IMG/VR virus record: IMGVR_UViG_3300031991_000011
Location: 1-64,000 of that record
Reading direction: 5' to 3' (one strand)
Length of the DNA stretch: 64,000 nucleotides
From: a virus
Made by a program: the position numbers and the translations under genes. Of the stretch, positions 26,798-37,700 are shown one piece after another. Each line of letters opens with the position of its first letter. Positions within the stretch are counted from its first letter, which is position 1. Below the pieces are notes generated by a model. The model had not been told where the DNA came from. It searched no databases and saw only the letters and a list, made by a program, of their open reading frames with translations.

Positions 26798-29503
26798 TTA
26801 AGCTCCACCGCCCCACGAATAGCCCCAGTTGAGGCCCCAGCCACCATAGCCGACGCGGACGTACAAGTCATATCCCTGCAAACTCTCGGTCGTGATGGCG
26901 CTGTTGCTGTCCTCGGAGTGCGCCTTCACGTTGATGCGGATGAGGTTCTTCCCCGAATATTCGTAGGGATCGAGCAGGTAGCTCTCGCCCGGAAGATCGA
27001 AGTGTTCCCCGAACATGGTCCCGGCCGCCGTGAAAAGCCGGACCACCGTTTTCACCGTGGTCGGCGGGGTGATCCCCGCCTCGGTCCACAGGAAGACGCG
27101 GGTCTCCTCCATGTCCCGGTTGCGGTTCGCCCACTCGACCGTGAGATCGCCGTCCGCCTCTGCGACGGCCACGAGATCAATCGGGGCACTCGGGTCCGAG
27201 TAACCGAAGCCGTTGATCCGCACGTTCGCCGGGCGGATCGGCCGGTTGGGCCGCAGATCGGCCGTGTAGACGATCTCAGGGGCGTCGTCGAGTTGGAGGG
27301 TGCCCAGGCTCGTCACCGGGAGAAGCTTATACTTGACCGTCTCTGCCTCAGCGCGGGCTATCGTGTCGCCGAAGGGAACGTCGGGCGAGATGAAGAACAC
27401 CTGCGTGCCGGCCGGCCATGCCCGAGGAACCGTGTCGAGCATGCCGCGCTCCACGATCCAGTTGTCGTTCGAGTCGAGATCGGACAGGAAGATGATCTCG
27501 CACTCGGCGTCGGGGTGCGAGGCATCCCCGATGTACGCGAAGCCCTCAAGCTCGGGGCCCACGCCGAGCGTGACGGCGCCGAACGCGATGATGCTCTGCG
27601 CCTCCTGCGCCAGCGGGTCTCCCAGGGTCGTGCGGCCGTTGAGGGTCTGGTTGCTGAGATTCTGATACTCGACCGACCCGCTGAGCGTCACGCCCTCGTT
27701 CCACAGTTCGTAGCGCGCGGTGTCCGTGCCGCCGGTGGATGCGAGAACCGCGGTGAACACTTCGGCGTCGTCGGGGAACGCCCCGGAGAACTGCGCGACC
27801 AGGAAGGCCGGCAAGGTGATCGGCTTCGTGTAGTCCATCGGCGCCGGGAACTCCGCGCCGATCTGGTGCTCGGTGTCCGGCGGCGCGAAGTAAGCGCCGA
27901 CGCGAAGGCCGAAGATGTCCTCCAGGAGCGAGACGCGAATCTTCGCTTCGCCGGTCTTACCGTAGTCCACGTTTCCGACGCGGAACACGACGTTCGAGAA
28001 TCCGAGCTTCGTGTTCGAGACCTTGATCACGCCACCGGGCACGGTGCTGTAGGCGCGTCGATCAACCTCGATGGTGCAGGACGCCAGCGGCGCGGCGGCC
28101 GTGCGCACGTCGCGTTGCGCGATGCGAGCGGCAAGGTCCGCGTTGCGAATGCCGTAATAGTTCCGGCTGTCGCTGACCACCCCGCCCTGCGAGATGACGT
28201 TGCCAAGCTCCTGCACGGAGACCGTGGCTTCGCTCTCGTTCAACGGGTTGGTGTAGGTGACGACGATCTCGTTGACCGTCTCGCCCCAGGACTTGCGCTG
28301 GAAGTCGAACAAACGGCAGTTCGACTCGTCATAGTGCGGCAGGGCGTCCACGTCGTAGTCGTCGCGCAGAAGCTTGATCGTGAACAGACCGGTCTCCGGG
28401 CTGACGAACGCCGTGGCCTGGATGTGGTCGAGGATTTCAGAAACGAACGTCTCGATGCTCGATTGCTGGAACCAGCCCAGCGAGAGACCGAAGCCTTCGT
28501 CGTAGAGCGTTTCTGCGGCGGACAGGAAGCTCGGAATGTCGAGAGCCGTTGCCGGCGCGCCCATGCCCCAATCGCTGTCGGTGAGACACTGGAAGATGAT
28601 GTGCGCAGGGTTCGCGTGCTCCAGGTTGTCCATGACGATGGTGGCGAGATCATCTGGCAACTCGGGCACGAGCACATCGTCCGTGACCATGGCCCAGAAG
28701 GCTTTCAGGTACGGGCTGTTGTGGCCCCAGTTGAAGCCCGAGAGGTTGGCGCCGGCAGTTCCGCGCGGGAAGAGAGCACCGAGTCGGCCGCCGTTGAAAC
28801 CGCCGGTGGGGTTCACGTTGATGGTCGCGACACCGATGATGTTGAACGCACCAGTGCCTTGCGACGTGATGTCCACGAACGGGCCTGCGGTCGCGTTCGC
28901 CTCCGACGTTGCGAACTTGATGTTCGCTTGCGTGGTTGTGCCGCCCTTCCCGCTGCGGCTTTCGCCGCTAATGTTGAGCCAGTAATCGACGCCGGCAGCG
29001 AGCCCGTCCGGCAGCGAGCCGGGCGACACAGCCTCCAACTGCACAGGGCCGTAGCCGGTTTCGATGTTGTAGGCGCTCTGCCAGGATGCGTTCACATGGT
29101 CGCCGGACACGCTGACGCGGGTGTTCGAGTAGACCGTCGTCGAGGCGTCTACGACTCCGGGCGAGGACGCGCCATAGAGGAACACGCTCGCGAGGCCGCG
29201 GAAGCCGGGGCACGTTGCGCTGCTTCGTCCGAGCCGCGATGCAAGATGCGACGGCATTACCTGCTCGGAGTCGCCGGGCAGGAAGGTGACGTTCCCGACA
29301 ACGCCGCCCTCTTTCGCAGGCCCGCCGAACAGGTCTGGCGAGTTCACCGGCACGTTCGCGAGCCCGGCGACGTTTCCGTTCCACACCGGCTTCTCGCCGA
29401 AGAACAACTGCCGCAAGCGCACCGGGCCGTGACAGATGCCGAAGTGAGTCGATAGCCGATACTCGGCCACCTTCATCTTCTGTTTGCCTTTGCCGCCGCC
29501 CAT
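26798..29503 (-). CDS. host-specificity (gpJ-like) central tail protein
   Basis: 901-aa protein at the end of the tail module; size and position typical of lambda J. Confidence 0.45.
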   Translation of the reverse strand: MGGGKGKQKMKVAEYRLSTHFGICHGPVRLRQLFFGEKPVWNGNVAGLANVPVNSPDLFGGPAKEGGVVGNVTFLPGDSEQVMPSHLASRLGRSSATCPGFRGLASVFLYGASSPGVVDASTTVYSNTRVSVSGDHVNASWQSAYNIETGYGPVQLEAVSPGSLPDGLAAGVDYWLNISGESRSGKGGTTTQANIKFATSEANATAGPFVDITSQGTGAFNIIGVATINVNPTGGFNGGRLGALFPRGTAGANLSGFNWGHNSPYLKAFWAMVTDDVLVPELPDDLATIVMDNLEHANPAHIIFQCLTDSDWGMGAPATALDIPSFLSAAETLYDEGFGLSLGWFQQSSIETFVSEILDHIQATAFVSPETGLFTIKLLRDDYDVDALPHYDESNCRLFDFQRKSWGETVNEIVVTYTNPLNESEATVSVQELGNVISQGGVVSDSRNYYGIRNADLAARIAQRDVRTAAAPLASCTIEVDRRAYSTVPGGVIKVSNTKLGFSNVVFRVGNVDYGKTGEAKIRVSLLEDIFGLRVGAYFAPPDTEHQIGAEFPAPMDYTKPITLPAFLVAQFSGAFPDDAEVFTAVLASTGGTDTARYELWNEGVTLSGSVEYQNLSNQTLNGRTTLGDPLAQEAQSIIAFGAVTLGVGPELEGFAYIGDASHPDAECEIIFLSDLDSNDNWIVERGMLDTVPRAWPAGTQVFFISPDVPFGDTIARAEAETVKYKLLPVTSLGTLQLDDAPEIVYTADLRPNRPIRPANVRINGFGYSDPSAPIDLVAVAEADGDLTVEWANRNRDMEETRVFLWTEAGITPPTTVKTVVRLFTAAGTMFGEHFDLPGESYLLDPYEYSGKNLIRINVKAHSEDSNSAITTESLQGYDLYVRVGYGGWGLNWGYSWGGGA

Positions 29504-29506
29504 GGC

Positions 29507-29722
29507 TTAGCCCTTTCGACGCTTGAGCGTTTCGCTCACGACCCGCTGCGCCAGTGCATCACCCGTCGCGAGCAGCACCGACGCCGGCAGACCTTCGTGA
29601 AGGAACCGCTTGAACTGCTTGTCTCCAAGCCCGTTCAATTTGAACCATGCGCGAGCGCCTTTCACACAGTGACCGGTCTCGCGGATGTCGTTGATGCGGA
29701 TGATCGGGTCGTCGGCCATCAC
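29507..29722 (-). CDS. hypothetical small tail protein
   Basis: 71-aa ORF. Confidence 0.35.
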   Translation of the reverse strand: MMADDPIIRINDIRETGHCVKGARAWFKLNGLGDKQFKRFLHEGLPASVLLATGDALAQRVVSETLKRRKG

Positions 29723-29964
29723 TTCTTCCCCGACCCGACTTTGATCTCGTACTCGCGGATCGACTTCTCGCCGTACCAGAGCACGTTCACGCCTTTGATG
29801 ATCATCGTGCCGAACACCTTCGGGATCGGCTTGCCTGCTTCTGCGACCGGGTTCTCCAGGTCTTTCGCCGTCGTGCTCGGCTGCTTCGGCTTGGGCGCAA
29901 TCAGGTAGCTCACCACCGCGAGCGCGATGGCGATGATCAGTTGGACTACCCAGTTATAGATCAT
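29719..29964 (-). CDS. small membrane protein
   Basis: N-terminal TM VVQLIIAIALAVVSYLIAP. Confidence 0.4.
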   Translation of the reverse strand: MIYNWVVQLIIAIALAVVSYLIAPKPKQPSTTAKDLENPVAEAGKPIPKVFGTMIIKGVNVLWYGEKSIREYEIKVGSGKK

Positions 29965-29973
29965 CTCAGAGCC

Positions 29974-30822
29974 TCAGTAGAACGTGTTGTAGAACGTGCC
30001 GAACGGGTGGTTGATCGGAATCCAGGGCTGCCCTCCGAAATTCAGGATGTTGTCGTGCAGGTCGCCACAGTCCGACATTTGGTGATTGCATCCGAGCGAA
30101 ATACGCACGGTCTGCGACGTGAGTCCAGTCGTGGGCCCGGTCATGTGAATCCGCGTCCCGCTCTCCACGTCGAGCACGGTGCGGATTTCCAGGTTGCCCT
30201 CGACCGTCGTCCACTCGATGACGCCGCCAGTGTACTTGTCGATCCTCGCGGGTGTGTCCCACCCTGCGGGCACGTCCACGTAGTTGCTGCCGATTGCGGT
30301 GGGGAGCACGGTGATCGTCGCGGCGCCGCGCGACGCCCTGCATTGCGTTCCGTAGAGAACGTGCGGGCACATGAACTGATAGTTCCGCCGCAGGCCGTTG
30401 CGCCGCATTGCAGTGACGATGGGCTCGCAAGAAAGTTCGCAGACGTGCGACCCGTCGCCGGCCTGCTTGCCGTTGAGCACTCGACCGGTCCACACCACGA
30501 CCCACTGCCGGTTGTCGTCGCTGAGATGCCCGCGGAATATCGTCAGCGTCACCGGATAGCTCGGCGGGTACGCGCGATAGAGTTGCGCGATCTCCGTCGA
30601 ACTCGGGAGTCGGACGACAAGCGTCTTCCGGTCAAGTGTTCCGCTGGATTGGATGTTGTCAGCCTCTACCGGAATTGGCGCGTAGACGCGGCTGTCGCGG
30701 ATGATCGGCTGCTCGGCGTTGGTGTAGGTGTAGATGGCCGTTGCCGCCAGCCCGTATCGGAACAGGAGCAGGTTGACCGGAACGGCGTCCTCGCGGGACT
30801 CTTCGCGTGATTGATAGCTCAT
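29974..30822 (-). CDS. tail protein
   Basis: ATG 30822 overlaps upstream stop (ATGA); rest of ORF 29974..30981 is GC-frame extension. Confidence 0.45.
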   Translation of the reverse strand: MSYQSREESREDAVPVNLLLFRYGLAATAIYTYTNAEQPIIRDSRVYAPIPVEADNIQSSGTLDRKTLVVRLPSSTEIAQLYRAYPPSYPVTLTIFRGHLSDDNRQWVVVWTGRVLNGKQAGDGSHVCELSCEPIVTAMRRNGLRRNYQFMCPHVLYGTQCRASRGAATITVLPTAIGSNYVDVPAGWDTPARIDKYTGGVIEWTTVEGNLEIRTVLDVESGTRIHMTGPTTGLTSQTVRISLGCNHQMSDCGDLHDNILNFGGQPWIPINHPFGTFYNTFY

Positions 30823-32628
30823 GACGTGCTCCCCGAGCCGCTTGCGCTGTCGCTGTTGCTGTCGTCGTCCGGCCCGTTGTAGGGCAGGGTTTCCATCGTG
30901 AGCGCCATCGTTGCAACGTCGCTGGTCTCCCAGCGGATCGTGAGCGTGTCGGTGGACATCCGCCAGAGCGGCATCCAGCAAACGTAGGCGATCTCGTCGA
31001 GGTCTGCGGTGACTCCCATCGGCTCGAAGAACTCGATGTAGCTGAAACCGCTCTCGCCGGTGATGTCGGAAATGCGCCGGTACAACACCGTGCCGTTGTT
31101 GAGGACGATTGCGACGCCGGCCGACGACCGTACCGCGTCTTGCACCCAGGCAACCGCGAAGTCGAGTCCGTCAATCCCGATGCGAGTGTCGAACTCATCG
31201 AACCCGTGCGCGAGAGGGATGTCGTCGCACCAAGTCGGCATGAAGAACTCGTGGCACCGACCGGCGCAGCGGAAGAAAAACTTCCGCAATTCGTCCGCGT
31301 CTTCCTGGTTCCGGCCGACATAGCTCAACGTGACACGCTGCGTGTGGTGCTCCACGTCTTGCAGGCGGTTGACCCGGCCGACGCCGAAGTCGATGAAGAC
31401 GGTCGGCTGCGCGTTGATCGCTTGCGCGCCTTCGGCCCAGTTCGGTTTGCGCAAGAAGACCTCACGCTGGTCGAAGAACACGCTCGGACTCGACGCCGGC
31501 TCGGCCGCCTCGAACCCCGGAACCGCCAGGAACTTCGCCGTGTAGGTCGCGACCGCGTTCGTCAGATACGTTCCGCTGATCTCGTCGGCCATCCACATGC
31601 GCAGCGCCGGGTAAATCTTAGTTCCGGCCGGCCACGCGAACTCGTCGTCCGATTTGTAGTTGACCGAGAACTCATCCGAGTTCGACTCGGTCCCGGTGTA
31701 AGGGCCGACCTTGCGCAACGAGATTTGGTCTCGGTGTTCAAGGATGACGTAGTTGTCCTCTTCCTTGAGCCACCACGGCGGCTCTTCTTCGAGGACCGAC
31801 ACGATGGCCTCCGCCGGCATGTCCGCCGCCGTTGTCGCGTATCGAGTTCTCTCGGGCACGTAGAACACGCCGCCTTGATTCGCCACCACGACCCGGTTGA
31901 GTTCGGAGCGGCTGACGCCGCGGAGCGCGACCGGCTGAGTGATAGTCTTGCGCGGCGTCTGCCGGTCCCGGATACGCTGCTCGGCCCCGTTCGCACTGGT
32001 GATGATGTTGGTCTTGAACTCGTACTCGATTTCGTAGGGTTGCGACCACTGCGGTTTGAACTCCCACACGAGGTCCGTCAGCGCAGGGACGCGGAAGCCC
32101 GTGACCGGAAGGAAGAACGTGTCGTCCGCAAAGTTGTCGGTGTCGAAGGTGAGCGTGAACAAGTCCGAGAGCACCGTCCCGCCATCGCCCTCTGCGGTGA
32201 ACGAGAAGAACTTGTACTCCAGGCCACGGAAGTTCGTCGGCAAGCCGCTGGCTTGGTCGAACACAACTTCGTCGCCGAAGTCCGGCGTCACCGTTTCGAG
32301 GGTGGTGTCGCCGAAGTATGCGTTCCAGATTCGGATCGAGATCGTCTTGTCCGCGGAGAAAGTTCCGAACGCGAGTGTTTCGACGTTGATGTAGATTCGG
32401 AAATAGAAGTCGTCGATCATCGAATACTGGCGAAGGCCGTCCTTCAACTCCCACGAGGTCTGCTGCATGTGGAAGTCGGTGTCGTGGCCGGCGTCGATGT
32501 CGTCCTCGCCCGCGTCCCAGGCGTGCGTGATCAAACCCGGAAGCACGAGGCCCGGAACACCCGTAGCCTCGTTGTTCGGGTAGGTGAAGCGCTCGTGAAG
32601 CGGAAGGATAACCCCTAGAGCCATCATG
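30819..32628 (-). CDS. tail protein (603 aa)
   Basis: ATG 32628 overlaps upstream TGA; C-terminal DDDSNSDSASGSGS tail. Confidence 0.45.
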
Positions 32629-33688
32629 CACCCAGAGAGTTGGAGTCTTCGACATCGACGGCGTAGGCATAGCCGACCCACAGCGAAGTCTCGTAGTCGC
32701 GGTAGGTGGAGCCAGAGCCCGTCCGTGTCATCGTCGATTCGCTTCGCCGCGAATGCGACGGGAAGCATCGATAGAGCTTACCGCCAACAATGATCTCTTG
32801 CTCGGGCGCGATGTCCTGCATGTTCACGAGGCGAACACCAGCCGGCCGCCCGATGGGGTGATAGATGGTGTCGCCGACGATTGACTCGCTGACATAGAGG
32901 TTGATCGGCACGAGGATGTTCTGACCCGAGAACGGGGACCGCGCTCGCGCGAGATAGCCGTCGTTGATCGAGTCCCCGTAACCGCCCAGGCAAACCTCGT
33001 CAGGCATAGCCGCGTGCGGCGTGAGGTCGCTCGTGCCTCGGAATTGAATCCACTCCGCCGCAAGCTCTGCGTGCTGGACGTGGACGCCGCCCGTGTTGAG
33101 GTTGCCCGTCTTCCGGCCGCTTCGGCCTTGGAAGAGGTACTTCATGGATGAATAGTCTTTGAACCCAATAGAGGACGACGCGCTTCCTTGCGGCCCGTCC
33201 GTCGCGGAGATGACCTCGCCGCCTTCGTAGTTCCCGATCTTCTCCATGTTCCCGATATACATGTGACGGTAATAAGCGCCCGACTGCACCACGATTGCGA
33301 TGTACGGGCGCGGGCTGAGCGACCCGATCAAGTGAAGGTCTGTCGGGACTTGCGCAACACCGGGGTTCCCGATGATGGGCATGACGAAATCCGCATAACT
33401 GAGGATCGCGTTGTTCACCAGGGAGTTCGAGTTCGCGTCGGGCTCGTAAGACTGCACGACGAGTTGGTGAAACACGCTCGCGACCGACGCCGACACGCGC
33501 CACATGATCGCGTCGTCCGTGAACAACAGAGAGTTCGAGGTCGAGTTCGACCCAAAGCCCTGCGGGTTTCGGATGATCGGCTGTGTCGGCGTGGACAAGT
33601 CCGTCTCGAAGCCGAGGCTCGCGGCGAACGTACCGACGAGGGCCGGCACGTCCGTGATCGCGGTGATGGTGTGGTGTTCGTAGGCCAT
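32624..33688 (-). CDS. tail protein with C-terminal EDSNSLGA
   Basis: 354-aa ORF in the tail module. Confidence 0.45.
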   Translation of the reverse strand: MAYEHHTITAITDVPALVGTFAASLGFETDLSTPTQPIIRNPQGFGSNSTSNSLLFTDDAIMWRVSASVASVFHQLVVQSYEPDANSNSLVNNAILSYADFVMPIIGNPGVAQVPTDLHLIGSLSPRPYIAIVVQSGAYYRHMYIGNMEKIGNYEGGEVISATDGPQGSASSSIGFKDYSSMKYLFQGRSGRKTGNLNTGGVHVQHAELAAEWIQFRGTSDLTPHAAMPDEVCLGGYGDSINDGYLARARSPFSGQNILVPINLYVSESIVGDTIYHPIGRPAGVRLVNMQDIAPEQEIIVGGKLYRCFPSHSRRSESTMTRTGSGSTYRDYETSLWVGYAYAVDVEDSNSLGA

Positions 33689-34737
33689 TAGCTGTTGGAC
33701 TCCTCGCTGGAGATGAACGCTGAGTTCGAGTCTTCCGGCCCGAGCGTGACGGCGTACCAGTTTCCGAGCGCGGTGCGGAACGTGTTCTGAAACACGATGT
33801 GCACTGCGTTGTCCGCCTGAATTACATTCTCGATGCTCTGCCCACGTCCCGTGATTCGATAGACGCCATCCAGGGCTCCGAAGGTTTGATCTTGCGGTGA
33901 TGCTTGCGTCAGTGTGAACGGGGTCAGCGCGAAGCCCGCGCCGTAGCTCTCGCCCTGTCGAATATCCACGGAATTGTAGCCGTAGTTGTCAGAGTCAAAG
34001 TCTCTGTCGATGTGTGCGCCGATCCCCAGGCCCATCCCGAAATATGAGGGTCCAATGTAGGCGTTCGATGCCGTGGTGTTGGTAGAGCAGCGCAGCCACG
34101 CGCCGTCCGGCCCGAGCATCCAGGCGCTCGGGTTGTAGCCCGTCGCAGGGTTGCTGTCGTAATTCGAGAACATGTAGGCCGTGTGATCGTCGCGAACACT
34201 AGACCACGAGGACGCCTCGCTCGGGCCGCCGCTGCCGCTCGAACCACCGATGAACATCGGGTAGGTGTAGACCTCGGGGTCTGCGTAGGGGAGGAAGAAG
34301 CCGGCGTACAGCGTTTCATAGACCGTGCCGATCTGCACGACGACGATGAACCGGCGGCCGTTGGCGACAAACCAATAGTCCATCGAGTTCGGGCGCAGGA
34401 ACATCTTCACCGGGTTCGGGGTCACGTTGACGTGCAGGTGATATTGATCGGCGCTGTTGATGACCCCGGTCGCGCCGCGCATGTAAATCGTGCTCAGGTC
34501 GCTCGCAACGTCGTCAACACGACGAAGCGCGACGTAGATGCTGTCCTGGTCTGCGAGTCCGGGGCCGCGCAACACGATGTCCGTGTCGTTCGGGTTCCCG
34601 GAGTTCGAATCGTCCGCGAGCCAAGCCACTTCCCAGTTTTGATTGAGCGCGACAAGTTGCGCGTCGGTCGTGAGGAACGCGAGCAGCTTGTTCCACAAAT
34701 CCTCGTGGTCCGAGGCGGTGCCGGTTTGATAAGCCAT
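33688..34737 (-). CDS. distal tail protein with C-terminal EDSNSAFISSEESNS
   Basis: 349 aa immediately downstream of the tape measure. Confidence 0.45.
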   Translation of the reverse strand: MAYQTGTASDHEDLWNKLLAFLTTDAQLVALNQNWEVAWLADDSNSGNPNDTDIVLRGPGLADQDSIYVALRRVDDVASDLSTIYMRGATGVINSADQYHLHVNVTPNPVKMFLRPNSMDYWFVANGRRFIVVVQIGTVYETLYAGFFLPYADPEVYTYPMFIGGSSGSGGPSEASSWSSVRDDHTAYMFSNYDSNPATGYNPSAWMLGPDGAWLRCSTNTTASNAYIGPSYFGMGLGIGAHIDRDFDSDNYGYNSVDIRQGESYGAGFALTPFTLTQASPQDQTFGALDGVYRITGRGQSIENVIQADNAVHIVFQNTFRTALGNWYAVTLGPEDSNSAFISSEESNS

Positions 34738-37700
34738 TACGCTAGCGCTCCGTTAATCGCTACCCGGTTCGACCGGATTACGTTCATGAGTGTTTGGAAG
34801 CCTTGCACGGTCTCCAGCCCTTTAGCAACGAACTCGCCGGAGTCAATCGTGTTGACGATTCGGACGCCGACTTGGGGTGCAGCCCCGCCTCCGTTTGCCG
34901 CGTGCCGCGGGTCGTTGTTCGCGATGATCTCCTCGCCGCGCTGCAAGATCGCCGGCACTTCATCGCGCCGAAGCCCGGCGAAACCGCCGGTGTGATAGCG
35001 TGCTGCCGCGGCGAACGCGGCCATGTTGACGCGCTTCTTCGGGCCCATGTGCATGCCGGCGATGCCGCCGCGGTGCGCCGTTCCGGCTTCGGCCACGGTT
35101 CCGCCGATGAGACCGCCGAGACCGGACGACTGGATGGCTTTCAAGATCAAAGCCTGGATGATCATCTGTGCGATCTGACGCAGGAAGTCCGCCGCGAACT
35201 GCCGGAACGCATCGCCCACGTTCTCCAAGGCTTCGCCCCACGACGTGGTTCCGGCGATGGCCGCCCCGATGGCGTCGGTCGCGTTCAAGATCGCGTCGGT
35301 CGCGCCTTGCGCGAACATCTCGTTCACGCGGGTGGCGATCTCGCGGACCTTCTGTTCCTGTTCCGTGAGCACCGAGTTCATGCGCTCAAGACGAGCGATG
35401 GCAGCCTCGTCGCCAAGGGCGCGTGCGAGTTCGAGCGCGGCCTGCCGGGCGGCCTCGATCTGTTGGCGCATCAACTCGATCTGCGCGAGTTGAGCTTGTT
35501 GTTCCGCGCCGTTGAGTTCGCCGGCTGCCCGTGCCGCCTCGAACTCACGGATCATCTCTTGCCGCTGGCGCTCCAGGGCTGTGACCTCTTCGACCTGACG
35601 CTTGAGTTCCTGTTCGGCGCGGGTGCGCTCGATAACCTGCCGTGTGACCTCTGCCCACGCTTGGCCTTCGGCGGTAGCGAGGTCGATGCCCTGGCGGGCG
35701 GCCTCCTCGGTGATCTCTTGCTGCACGCTGACCACTTGCCCGAGCAGTTCGCGCAACCGGACTTGCTGCTCCAGCACGAGATTGCGCACGCGCTCTGCCT
35801 CGGTCGCGTCGAAGATCGCCGCAGTCGTCGCCCGAACCTCAGCTTCTTGATCCGGCGAGAACGTAACGCCGCGGTCGTTTGCCCGAGTGCGCGCCTCGAA
35901 CACAGCGGCCTCGATCTCGCGCTCGCGGTTCGAGCGCTGCAACTGCTCAAGCTCGAAGCGGCGAAGGTCGTTGGTGCGTTGAATTTCTTCGTTGAACTCT
36001 CGCTGCTCGTTCCGGCTGTTGCGGGAACCCCGACGAGAGTCGCGTGCATCTTCCTCGCGGAACTGCCGCTCGACGGCAGAACGACGCTCCTCCACGAGGT
36101 CGAGCAGTTCCTTTTGTCGGTCTGCGGTTATGTCGAGGGCGCGGATTTGCCGCTCTTGTTCGTCAACGGCCTCGCGAGCCGCGTTTCGCTCTGCTTCCCG
36201 CGCCCGTGCCGGGATGCCCTGGATCAACGCCTGCTCGATGGACGCAGCTTCCGCGGCGGCCTGACGCTGCTCGTCGAGGGCATCCGTGAACGAGCGGATG
36301 GCGCCCGTGGCTTGGTCAACCTCGATGCCGACCGCGCGATAGAACTGCGTGAGGTCTCCCAGGTCTCCGCCGAGTCGTTGCACCACGGCTGCCTGCGTGC
36401 CCAACGCTTGTTCGGTTGCGCGAAGCTCGTCTTGTTGCGCGTGCAGTCGGGCGATCAGACCCGTGATCGAGATGGCGGCCGGGCCCTCCAACTCGTCGGC
36501 CATTTCCCGCAGTCGTTCTTGGTAGCTCTTGACCGAGAGCGTGCCGTCTTGGAGTTGCTTCGTGAGCCGCTGAATTTCGCGGACGGCCGCGTTGTCGCGG
36601 AACTCTTCGTTCTGCCGACGCCAATCTCCAATGATGTCCCGCGCCGCTTCGGTCGAAGCTTTGCGCGTGTCGGTGTAAGCCGCGGCGAGTTGTTCGAGAT
36701 TCGCGCGAGCCTCGAACGCGGTGGTCTCCACGAGAGAGGCGTTGAATGCACGACCGGCGCGCTCTGCTTCGCGAACTTCCGTTTCGTACTGATCGAGGAT
36801 TCGGTTGTGCTCGTCGAGAGCGCGGCTCGTGTCAACAATCGCATCTTGCGTCTGGCCGAACACGCTGATCAGCGCTGTGATCGCCAGTGCGACAATTGCG
36901 ACTGGTCCGAGGGCCGCGATCAACCCGCGGATCGCGACCCCGGCCAGCGCGGCGCCCGCGGCGAGACGACCCATGGCTGCGGCCGTCGCCGTGGACGCAG
37001 CACCCGTCGTTACGATGGAGACGGCGGCCGTTGCCGCGGAGCCGATCAAAGCACGCAATGCGACGCCCGTCGCCGCGACCCGCACCGCGAGCGTGGACTC
37101 CGTGAGGATTTGTTTCTGCTGCGCTGCGTCCAGGGCAAGGAATGACTGTGCGGCTTGAACAGCCACTACGGAACTCGCGCGCAGCGCCGTGACGATGCCG
37201 ACCACGGCTTGGCTGATTCGAACGGTGACGAACGCCTGGAAGACAGCCACGAGCAGATCGAAGTTCGCCACCACGAAGTCGAGGACGCGGACCACCTGCC
37301 CGAGCAGCGAGCCCAATTCCAGGAAGAAGTCTCGGCCTTCTCGGGACTTGAAGAACTCGTTCAATCGACGCAGGGAATCTTCCAGCGCGTCCGTGAAGCC
37401 GCCTGCGCCGATGCGCGCCTGCGCCTCGAAGATGTTGTTCTGGAAGCGGTCGATCTGTGTGGTGACAGTTTCAAGCGACGCCGGCAGGGAGCCACCAAAG
37501 CGCCGCTCCAGTTCGTCGGCGAATTTGAGCAGCGTGTCTTGGCTCGCCACGACCTCGCCTTGGCGGATCATACGGTCAAGTTCGGCCGTCGTGACGCCCA
37601 GAGCTTCGGCGAAGATGTTGAACGCGCCCGGCAGTCGGTCGCCCAACTGACGCCGAAGTTCTTCCATCGAGACCGTGCCTTTGGACACGATCTGTTGCAG